Of a stretch of DNA of 64,000 nt, positions 43,256-51,579 are shown in pieces. Positions within the stretch are counted from its first letter, which is position 1, and every line of letters starts with the position of its first letter. The position numbers and the translations under genes are program-made. Under the pieces are notes generated by a model, which was given only the letters and a program-made list of their open reading frames with translations, was not told the origin of the DNA and did no database searches. The DNA lies in the IMG/VR virus record IMGVR_UViG_3300047558_000137, positions 62,001 to 126,000 of that record; one strand, given 5' to 3'.

Positions 43256-45681
43256 TATTTCTTACCTTTGCGGATTGACTCTGCAATCATCATTAATTCG
43301 TTAAAATCTTCTACGCTTTCGCAATTCCATTTACGAAGTGCTAGCGCCTTACGTGTAGGCTCACCATTTGGTTTCTTCATTGGACCATCTACACCTGACA
43401 TACGGGCACAGAAACTTTTACGGCGTTTAGCATCCTTGCTACCTGGCTTTAGTTTGCTAGGTTTAGTAGTAACTGCTGTTTGCAGTTTGCTACCAGGATG
43501 TTCGCGGCGATAACTATCAACGCCCTTTTGGTTTAGGCCGCCGTTTTTGTTTTTGCCCGACTTCTTTTGCCATGCTGCACTTTCGCCATATTGTTGACGA
43601 TAGTGCTTTAACATACTCATAGCAGTTTCTTTACTCATGCCAGTTTTAATAGTCACACCATTAGCACTTAACAATTCATATACTTCGTATGTTCTACCAT
43701 CCGGGGCTGTTCTAGTTACTTTACGGATCAGAGGCTTACCTGTTGCTTCTGCCACACCTTCTCTTCCATAATGAAAGATAGATTCTAATTCATCTACTAG
43801 TTTATGGTAGTGAGTTGTGCCATCTAGTCTTTCTGGATTAGCGATAACTCCAGTTGCGTAAACCATTGCTCTAAAGAACTCTGGGCTTGCATCTACTTCG
43901 GCTTTTACTGATGGATTGGTTTTATAAACCTGAATCATCTTTCTTGCAGCACGACGGTATTTGTTATCAATACCTTGTTCTTCGCCTTCCTCCACGCCTT
44001 GCTTTAACTTTTTAATGGTCCAAGAACCATCGTTGTTCATATAGTAAAGTTCTTTTTTATGTTCACTGGCACTCCCATTCGGCGAAAGGCTACCCGACAT
44101 TTCTTCCATATATTCTGGACTATAAACATTAGGGTCGCAAATTACTACGTGATCAGCATAATAGATTTTGTTGCCTTTTATAGTTGGCTCTGATGTTAAG
44201 CCTTCCGCCACACCTTGGTCTTTATTAAATCCAAAATTACCAAACTGACGATAGAACTTTATTGCGTCATTGAAATATGCGTTAAATTCTGGTGTACCTT
44301 TTTTATACCCAATCTTTGTTAATTCTTGTTCAATATGTCGAACCAATGGCATCTCTGCTTTTAGTAGTTCTGGAGCACCTTCAGACATACCACCTGCTAA
44401 TTCTTCTTCGCTCCAGCCAATATAACTATCGCCGTCTTCGTCGCCGATACGCATAACAAACGCACCGCCTTCTTCGCTTTCAAGTTCGCCGATTTCCCAC
44501 CCAACTTTAGCTAGTGCTTGCTCTACTCGTTGTTGTGTAGCAACGTCGGGTGCAGAAAACCACATTTTGGCAAGATGGAACAGCGCATCTTCTGGACCAT
44601 CACCATTGTCATCGCCTGCTGCATATTCGTTAAGACCTTCTTGGTCAGCAACAGCTTGTAGTTCTTTTGCAATTCTAGCCAAATTCTTAGGACTCAGTTC
44701 GGCAATCATGCTGTCCAAGTCGCCCTCGTACTGATCCCAGAACTGTGCAAACAATGGCGCACTAGTATTCAAATACTCTAGTGCATCGTCGCCTTGATCA
44801 TATATTGATTGATACAATTGACGAATAGTATCACCCAGACCTTGGCTTTCTGCCATAGGTGCTGCACCGCCTGCACCTAATGTTGCACCAGCTGGTAAGT
44901 GCCATGCATCTGCAGGCTCATTACCTGTACCGTGCCAATCATCTTCATTTATGTCTGCATCAAAATAGTTTTGTGCATAGGCACGAACTTCGTCATCATT
45001 GTAGAATGGTCCTGCAACTTGATATCCGCGACTGTAGTCTTTCTGGATATGTTTCATAATATCGTTTGGAGTTAAGTAACTCATAAAGTTACCTCCCCAA
45101 TTGTAAGGTGGGTTACCGGATACAGTAGTTTCTTTCCAACGGCCACCATCCTGTGTCAATGCACCAATGAATACTCCTTCGTCTTCACTGGCAACTATAA
45201 CGTAGAAACCATCTACATATTCATCAGACTCTTCATCTTGATCATAGTCATTTTGGCTAACATCGCTAGAGTGGAAACTTACAAGACCGTGGTTATATAA
45301 ATTAACAACAACAAAACGCTTGTCTTGTCCAAAGTCTGTAATAACACCAGTCGCACCTTTATACTGTACATCGCCAGTAACAATGACGTCGTCGCCGATG
45401 TTTAGCTCTTCAGCATTTTCCGCCATGGCTTTCTGGTAAGCAATTTCGGTGTTATTGGCCATTTGTTGCTTGAAGTTGTCAACTGCACCGCCTGGGTCAA
45501 TTGATCCTGGAGTGGTAGGTATTGGAGCACCTTCTTTGACTTTTTTAACTTTAACGCAACTATCTGTACCATTCTTAGTACCGTTATAACGATACCCGTC
45601 CCAGCAAGCCTTGCCGTCTGCACCTTTAATTTTCTTGGATTCTTTTATCGGCTTTGGCCCAATGATGTCATCTAGAAACAT
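43255..45681 (-). CDS. Polyprotein-like multidomain protein (808 aa)
   Basis: Modules separated by Phi-X-E motifs (IKE, VKE, MAE, INE, LNE, MSE, VAE); basic C-terminal module ending ...RKWNC. Confidence 0.7.
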   Translation of the reverse strand: MFLDDIIGPKPIKESKKIKGADGKACWDGYRYNGTKNGTDSCVKVKKVKEGAPIPTTPGSIDPGGAVDNFKQQMANNTEIAYQKAMAENAEELNIGDDVIVTGDVQYKGATGVITDFGQDKRFVVVNLYNHGLVSFHSSDVSQNDYDQDEESDEYVDGFYVIVASEDEGVFIGALTQDGGRWKETTVSGNPPYNWGGNFMSYLTPNDIMKHIQKDYSRGYQVAGPFYNDDEVRAYAQNYFDADINEDDWHGTGNEPADAWHLPAGATLGAGGAAPMAESQGLGDTIRQLYQSIYDQGDDALEYLNTSAPLFAQFWDQYEGDLDSMIAELSPKNLARIAKELQAVADQEGLNEYAAGDDNGDGPEDALFHLAKMWFSAPDVATQQRVEQALAKVGWEIGELESEEGGAFVMRIGDEDGDSYIGWSEEELAGGMSEGAPELLKAEMPLVRHIEQELTKIGYKKGTPEFNAYFNDAIKFYRQFGNFGFNKDQGVAEGLTSEPTIKGNKIYYADHVVICDPNVYSPEYMEEMSGSLSPNGSASEHKKELYYMNNDGSWTIKKLKQGVEEGEEQGIDNKYRRAARKMIQVYKTNPSVKAEVDASPEFFRAMVYATGVIANPERLDGTTHYHKLVDELESIFHYGREGVAEATGKPLIRKVTRTAPDGRTYEVYELLSANGVTIKTGMSKETAMSMLKHYRQQYGESAAWQKKSGKNKNGGLNQKGVDSYRREHPGSKLQTAVTTKPSKLKPGSKDAKRRKSFCARMSGVDGPMKKPNGEPTRKALALRKWNCESVEDFNELMMIAESIRKGKK

Positions 45682-45682
45682 T

Positions 45683-47617
45683 TTATTTCATTCCTTGCTG
45701 TTTAGATACCTGTTGCAATATGCTAGCAACTTGTCCACCTTTTTGTGGATCTGCTAGTGCATCACCAACTAGATCAGCTAGGGCCTTTGTTTGTTTTACA
45801 TCAGTTGATGCCATTGGCTTGCTTGGATCTGTTGCAATACCTTGTATTGCGTGTGATGCTTGTGCAACGTTAATACTCTTATCGGCACCTGCAATCTTAT
45901 TTAAGTTTGCTTTTTGAGCTTGTGCAGCTTGTGGGTCCGGTTGTTGTGGTTGTCCTGGTTGTTGTGCGGCAGGATTAGCAGTACCGCCTGTAGTCATGCC
46001 GTACTCTTTAATCTTACGTGGGGTTTTGCCTTCTGGGTGCTTGCGAATAATAACGCCAGCTTGTCCCATTTTCTGCAATGGTAATACATCATAGCTGCCA
46101 CCTAGAACTTGTTCTACATAACCAATTAGTTCTTTAGTAGTAAAGCCCTTTTGATATGTGCCTGCACTGGTAATAACACTCATTGGCTCTGGACCTGGCT
46201 TACCATTCTTAAGAGCACTTAATACATCTTTGCCACGAGTAGTAATCAACGCAACACCACCTGGTGCTAAAATACGACCAATGTTCTGTACGATCTCTTG
46301 ACGTAGTTTAGGTGGAACAACGTTCAATACGTTAAAGTTAGTTACACGATGGTAAGCATTATCTGGAATAGCTGTAAAGTCTGTGTATGTTGGCTTTACA
46401 TCTTTCTTTGGATATGGCTCATAGCTATCAGCACCCAATTCAGCAGCACCTAGGCCTAGGCCTGATCCAATATCAATGGTTTTGCCTGTTGGACTATGTG
46501 TGTCTAAGTGTGCGCGAGCTTTTTTGTATGTTGGTAGTGTACCGGGAATCTGTGTACGCTGTGCATTTTCTGGTGGAGGTAATTCTTCATCATCCTCATC
46601 AATGCTCTTACTTTGTTCTTGATACAAGGCGTGTAACTCAGCTGGTTCGATTTCGAAACTAACGCTTGCTTGTAATAGTGCTTCTTTATATGATGCACCT
46701 GCATTGTGAATAAGATCCTGCATCAATGCTACAGCTTCTCTAGAATCTAATGCTTCTGGACTAGTAATATTGCCCATCATGACGTCAAACTTTTCATCGC
46801 CAGTGGATTCTTTAACTAATTCGTGACCACCTTCCATGATAGCAAGTTCTTTATCAGTAAATTGCTTGCTAGATTCTCTAACTGGTGGCATCCATTTCTT
46901 AGCCTTGGCGCCTAGCTTTTGTTCTAAGTTGGCAACAGTTTTGTCTACTAGTTCCTGACTAGCACCTGCCTGTGGCTTATAGAACCATGCACCATTACGC
47001 GATTGGCGTAGACCTAACTGTTGTAGTTGTTGATCTGTAAAACTACCAGCAATGTTTCTTAAATTAAAGAAATACATGCTCTTATCAGCTTCTGCTGTGC
47101 CCTGTGGAATATAAGCATCGCCCACAGGATTAACAGTACCATTTGGCCATTTAACGCCAATGGTCATATTAGGATACTTAGACTTAATAGCACCAGCATG
47201 ACGGAACGCATCGTTGCTATTAGTATGTTGTTTCATATCAATCCACTGTGCGCCCTGTTTTTTAACAACACGGAAGTCGCCTTGTGGATCTTCTTCGCCG
47301 GTGACATCTGGACCACGACGACTAAATGGTTTAGCATGGAAGTTATGATCGTAACCTTCATCAAACTTTGCAAACTCTTGCTTTAGTCTGCGCTCAACGC
47401 TGCCTTCAACTACTTGCTTATCTAAGTCACGAAGAATACTTTCGGCTGCACCTACTAACCGTCCAGCAAATGGGTGTTCGCCCGACTTTTTTGCTTTGGC
47501 TTTTTCGGTACCACGTACTTGGTCGCCAGCCTTCTGGCCTTTCTTTTCTCCTGCAAAAGAGAATTTGGTACCCTCATGGATACCATCCAAAATGGATAGT
47601 GATTTTTTAATGTCCAT
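45683..47617 (-). CDS. Polyprotein-like multidomain protein containing a class I methyltransferase domain (644 aa)
   Basis: IDIGSGLG...NVLNVV...ILAPGG; Phi-X-E linkers (IHE, VVE, VRE, IME, VKE, IDE, IKE). Confidence 0.7.
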   Translation of the reverse strand: MDIKKSLSILDGIHEGTKFSFAGEKKGQKAGDQVRGTEKAKAKKSGEHPFAGRLVGAAESILRDLDKQVVEGSVERRLKQEFAKFDEGYDHNFHAKPFSRRGPDVTGEEDPQGDFRVVKKQGAQWIDMKQHTNSNDAFRHAGAIKSKYPNMTIGVKWPNGTVNPVGDAYIPQGTAEADKSMYFFNLRNIAGSFTDQQLQQLGLRQSRNGAWFYKPQAGASQELVDKTVANLEQKLGAKAKKWMPPVRESSKQFTDKELAIMEGGHELVKESTGDEKFDVMMGNITSPEALDSREAVALMQDLIHNAGASYKEALLQASVSFEIEPAELHALYQEQSKSIDEDDEELPPPENAQRTQIPGTLPTYKKARAHLDTHSPTGKTIDIGSGLGLGAAELGADSYEPYPKKDVKPTYTDFTAIPDNAYHRVTNFNVLNVVPPKLRQEIVQNIGRILAPGGVALITTRGKDVLSALKNGKPGPEPMSVITSAGTYQKGFTTKELIGYVEQVLGGSYDVLPLQKMGQAGVIIRKHPEGKTPRKIKEYGMTTGGTANPAAQQPGQPQQPDPQAAQAQKANLNKIAGADKSINVAQASHAIQGIATDPSKPMASTDVKQTKALADLVGDALADPQKGGQVASILQQVSKQQGMK

Positions 47618-48216
47618 TAGTAGGCACCTTTAACTTTAACTAACTTAGGCTTGGTAGCAATATTTGTATATCCACCTAGCTTCTTATTAACCTGCTTGCG
47701 GGTCATGCCCTCTTCGCCTAATTCTTTAACTACTGCACTAACAGAACTAGAGCAACTTGCACCACCTGTAGCATCTTCTCTAATTTTTAAATTCTTAGTA
47801 AGATCAGCTGCATCGCCACCAAAGAATCCCTTAAATGCATCTCTGTACTGTTGTTGTCTTTGTTGCTTTTCTTGTTGTCTTTTAGTTGGCTGTGCTGCTG
47901 GCTTCTTTTGCTTAGGCTCTGAACCTAACATTTCAGACATCTGCGCTTCTGCGTCTGCTGGATTAAATCCTGGGATTTCTTCTTGCTTGCCCATTTCGTG
48001 CTGACTAATCATATAGTCCATAACACTAACAATCATGCCTTTAACTTGGGCAATCTTTTCTTGGCACCACTCTGGCAAGTTTTCGTTATCGCCGATGGCA
48101 CGTTCTAGGTGTGTGGATACGCGAATAATAGTATGCAGGTTGTTTTTAAACATGCCCGCTTCGTCATCATATTCAGCATCTTCTGTGTAAGAGTTAATAA
48201 AATCTGTAGTTTTCAT
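47617..48216 (-). CDS. Hypothetical protein with CTS-like N-terminus
   Basis: MKTTDFINSYTE; first gene after the late box at 48238-48243. Confidence 0.7.
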   Translation of the reverse strand: MKTTDFINSYTEDAEYDDEAGMFKNNLHTIIRVSTHLERAIGDNENLPEWCQEKIAQVKGMIVSVMDYMISQHEMGKQEEIPGFNPADAEAQMSEMLGSEPKQKKPAAQPTKRQQEKQQRQQQYRDAFKGFFGGDAADLTKNLKIREDATGGASCSSSVSAVVKELGEEGMTRKQVNKKLGGYTNIATKPKLVKVKGAY

Positions 48217-48237
48217 AGGGAATTCCGGCCTTTTGTA

Positions 48238-48243
48238 TATTTA
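48238..48243 (-). promoter_or_regulatory. T4-like late promoter box TAAATA for the cargo operon
   Basis: GCTAAATAT 21 nt upstream of the ATG at 48216. Confidence 0.55.
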
Positions 48244-48246
48244 GCA

Positions 48247-48543
48247 CTATACGTAAAAGGTGAATTCTTGAAATTCCTGTGAACTACTGTCGGGCAATAA
48301 TCTACCATCAACTGTTACGTTTTTAAATGATATATTATTGTTAGGGGCACAATTATAAATTTTTACTTGATGAGCGCCGTGTTCTACTTCTACTTCTATG
48401 TGCTCTTTAATGTATGTTTCGTAGCTAGGCCATGCCCAGGTACGTTCGGTTAGCAAATCATCGTCTACGTAGACACGATATACAGGACTGCAATCCCAAT
48501 CTTTGTGGCAATACACATCAATTGTGAGAGCAGCGTGTGCCAT
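48247..48543 (-). CDS. Hypothetical beta-rich protein
   Basis: 98 aa; resembles 49328..49774 (W...P.Y.(V/I).V.....). Confidence 0.6.
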   Translation of the reverse strand: MAHAALTIDVYCHKDWDCSPVYRVYVDDDLLTERTWAWPSYETYIKEHIEVEVEHGAHQVKIYNCAPNNNISFKNVTVDGRLLPDSSSQEFQEFTFYV

Positions 48544-49289
48544 TATTTTAACCCCGCGGCCTGTATTGTTTTGGGCAGTTTAGGATATCTAGTAGATACC
48601 ACTTCTTCCTGTTCTGCCATGGGGATTTTGTCCATAATGCGCCCTAGTTCAGCGTCATTGCGTCCAAACATCTGCATTAAGAATGTTGATCTTAATTCAG
48701 GATTGTTTCTAATCTGATTCCAAGTGTTGCGTACATCTGTGCCGTGACTTACATCAACTGCATCTTCTTCAAGATTAACTTCAGCCTCTTGCTCGGGAAC
48801 AATAATAACATACCCATGTTGATCTGCTGTTACTGCATTATCAGGGCCTTCCCAGGTTTGATAGTAAGTAGGGTCGCCTACACTTTTGCCAGCTGGCAAT
48901 GTGTTTCTTTGTCCGTTTTTCTTAAACTCTTGATATGTACCATCTACATTTAACCGTGCAGCATCGGGCGCACCTACTGCGGTAATAAACACAGTGCGGT
49001 TCTTTTGTGCCTCAAATTGTTTGGGGAATGTGTATAGGCTGCTAGCCTGTATGATACGGTCTTGTGCCACGCCCTGCGCTGTCATGAATTTAACTCTATC
49101 ACTAAAGTTAAATGGACTGTCGTCTTTAACGATACCCGATGTAACTACGTAAACATTATCACGGCCAAATCGGCCCTGTAACTTCTCGTAAACTGCACGG
49201 TGATTAAGACCAAAGGGCTGAAAACGCCCTGGGTATGTTACAACCAAGTTAACCGGGTCTAGGGATTCAAGTAATTCGTTTATAAACAT
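48543..49289 (-). CDS. HIGH-type nucleotidyltransferase-like protein
   Basis: VVTYPGRFQPFGLNH, SPFNFSDR, GTDVR; late box at 49310-49315. Confidence 0.6.
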   Translation of the reverse strand: MFINELLESLDPVNLVVTYPGRFQPFGLNHRAVYEKLQGRFGRDNVYVVTSGIVKDDSPFNFSDRVKFMTAQGVAQDRIIQASSLYTFPKQFEAQKNRTVFITAVGAPDAARLNVDGTYQEFKKNGQRNTLPAGKSVGDPTYYQTWEGPDNAVTADQHGYVIIVPEQEAEVNLEEDAVDVSHGTDVRNTWNQIRNNPELRSTFLMQMFGRNDAELGRIMDKIPMAEQEEVVSTRYPKLPKTIQAAGLK

Positions 49290-49327
49290 AGTAGCATATT
49301 ATACTACTATATTTAGTTTATTTTGGT

Positions 49328-49774
49328 TTAGATGTTTTCCAAAAGCCAGATATAAAACGGGCTAGTGAATTTAATGGACCAGGTGCCATTCCAGCCTAGG
49401 TCAATACAGTTATCCAATGCAGGATATTGGCTATCATCTGGTGTGTAAGTTGATTTTGTATGAATCATATTACCCAAATTGACTTCGTCAATTTCTACAC
49501 TACGGATATTTAACAACATATCTTTTACAATAGCTGTTTTATCTTCGTTTTGTATAGTATCTTGCCAATCTTTATTTTCTAAGCGAATACCTAGTTCAGC
49601 AGGCCCTTCATCTAGTTCATGATCGAACTCTATCACAAAAGAATTGCCGCTTGGCTCATCTACTGCGCCTTGTTTTACAGTTTGACCATTAACTAGAATA
49701 GAATAAGCGGGACGCTTATCCCAATACGTGCCCGCTAATTCGATTTTAAAATGTAATGTTTCTTTATCAGACAT
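49328..49774 (-). CDS. Hypothetical protein
   Basis: 148-aa ORF ending PFYIWLLENI. Confidence 0.7.
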   Translation of the reverse strand: MSDKETLHFKIELAGTYWDKRPAYSILVNGQTVKQGAVDEPSGNSFVIEFDHELDEGPAELGIRLENKDWQDTIQNEDKTAIVKDMLLNIRSVEIDEVNLGNMIHTKSTYTPDDSQYPALDNCIDLGWNGTWSIKFTSPFYIWLLENI

Positions 49775-50639
49775 TTTGTACTGGTTGTGCTTCTAATTTA
49801 GCACCTTGCGCTTTTAGAGTATCTTCGATGATGCCCATAGACCCACGTTCTGCAATTTTTAACTTGTCAAGATCGCCTGCGTATTCGTAGTGTCCAACGT
49901 GGTTCAACAATACTTTGCTGTGTGCCCAAATCTCACCACCTAGATCTTGCCAACGACGACAGAATAACCAGTCTTCGCTTAGATAATGGCCGCGCTCGTC
50001 AATCTTGCAATCAAAGATGCTATACATCATTGGCTCATATTGCTTACCTAACCCAACATCATCCACGTACTTACACTCTGGATGTGCGTCAATTAAACGC
50101 TTATACACATCACGTTTGAACATTAGGAAGCCAGTTCCCATAGTATCAACCGTAAAGATGTCGCCTTGGATCTTAGTCTGTGGTTTTAAGTTAATTACAT
50201 AGTTAACTGGTAAAGTCTTTTTAGGATACAAACCGCCGATAACATCTTTATCGTATGCAATCATACTTAAAATACTATCTGGTTGGAAACGAATGTCTGC
50301 GTCAATGAACATAAAATGTGTAGCCTGTGTGTTGCTCATCATTTTAGCCATTAAGTTGTTACGTGCGCGAGTAACCAATGACTCGTTAACCATGGTATCT
50401 AGGCTCCAGTTAAGACCTGCCTGTTGTGCTAACAATGTAAAACGCAAGAAGCTGGTCATTGTTGGTTCACTAACCATTCCGCCGTAGCATGGAATACCGA
50501 TATGTAAGTGTACATTACGGAAGTCAAATGGCACACCTTGCTGTTGTACTGCCTGTTGTTGCTGTGCTGCTTTTTGTTTGGCTGCGGCTGCTTTAATTAA
50601 ATTCACAGCATCGCTCTGGCTGACTTTTTTATCGCTCAT
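49767..50639 (-). CDS. GT-A fold glycosyltransferase-like protein
   Basis: HIGIPCYGG, ESLVTRARN, FMFIDADI (DxD), GTGFLMFKR, LSEDWLFC. Confidence 0.75.
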   Translation of the reverse strand: MSDKKVSQSDAVNLIKAAAAKQKAAQQQQAVQQQGVPFDFRNVHLHIGIPCYGGMVSEPTMTSFLRFTLLAQQAGLNWSLDTMVNESLVTRARNNLMAKMMSNTQATHFMFIDADIRFQPDSILSMIAYDKDVIGGLYPKKTLPVNYVINLKPQTKIQGDIFTVDTMGTGFLMFKRDVYKRLIDAHPECKYVDDVGLGKQYEPMMYSIFDCKIDERGHYLSEDWLFCRRWQDLGGEIWAHSKVLLNHVGHYEYAGDLDKLKIAERGSMGIIEDTLKAQGAKLEAQPVQNV

Positions 50640-50664
50640 TGATTTCTTTCTTTAGGTTAATTGA

Positions 50665-50832
50665 TTATGCTACGTTGACTTCGACTACTACGCCGCCGCC
50701 AATTAGTTCTTGTGCTACTTGCTCTAGCGCCGCAATAACTTCGTCTGACACCATTGAGGTACCATCGGTTTCGTTATCTTTAACTAGTTTGCTAACGGTA
50801 ATTACAATATTTTCTGATTGAACTTTTGCCAT
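50665..50832 (-). CDS. Small hypothetical protein (55 aa, not in the ORF track)
   Basis: AAGGAG SD; MAKVQSENIVITVSKLVKD...; late box at 50858-50863. Confidence 0.65.
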   Translation of the reverse strand: MAKVQSENIVITVSKLVKDNETDGTSMVSDEVIAALEQVAQELIGGGVVVEVNVA

Positions 50833-50856
50833 ATTGGCTCCTTGAATTATATGCTA

Positions 50857-51579
50857 TTATTTATGTGGCATTACAACCAGCTCATGACAATTTGATATCA
50901 AATCCGGGGACATTAAACGAACCATAGTATTAATACCTTCGTCGTTGCTGTAAAAATAGCAATTCCAAATATAAGAACTACCTTTTGACAGCATATCTAA
51001 TGTGCCTTTTGGAACATGGACTAGATCTGGCCCTAAATTAGAAAGATACAGATAAAGACTCTCTTTTACATGGGCAGAGAATGTGCCATCTTTAATGATA
51101 ACTTTATAACGATACCCGAGATCATTCTTTCGAATAATAGCGCCAGAGTTTAATATAGCTTCTGCTTCGTCATCTTCGGGCCCATATACAGACTCAACAT
51201 GGGTTTTATATGTGGGTATATATGTTTCAACAATATTACGCATATCATCGTCGGTTTGTGCATATACCTGTATGCGCGGTTCTTCGACTCGCATCTTTAT
51301 TCCGGGGATATTGGCCTGTTTGAGATTGCGTAGTTGTTCCAATAAAACAACATCGGCAGAATTTACATTAGACTGTCGAATATGGCGATACCACCAAGAT
51401 CCGCCAGGGTTGTAATTCTTACGGAATTCTATTTCTTGGGCGATATCGCCATTGCTTAAAATCAATCTACCAGCAGGAGCATACAATACCATTTTATATA
51501 GGTACTTGCCATAGTATTTTTTGGCTGTATGTCCTACTGTTATTTTAGGATTGGACTGAATCCAATACGATATATCCAT
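50857..51579 (-). CDS. Hypothetical protein
   Basis: 240-aa ORF overlapping the clpA stop. Confidence 0.7.
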   Translation of the reverse strand: MDISYWIQSNPKITVGHTAKKYYGKYLYKMVLYAPAGRLILSNGDIAQEIEFRKNYNPGGSWWYRHIRQSNVNSADVVLLEQLRNLKQANIPGIKMRVEEPRIQVYAQTDDDMRNIVETYIPTYKTHVESVYGPEDDEAEAILNSGAIIRKNDLGYRYKVIIKDGTFSAHVKESLYLYLSNLGPDLVHVPKGTLDMLSKGSSYIWNCYFYSNDEGINTMVRLMSPDLISNCHELVVMPHK

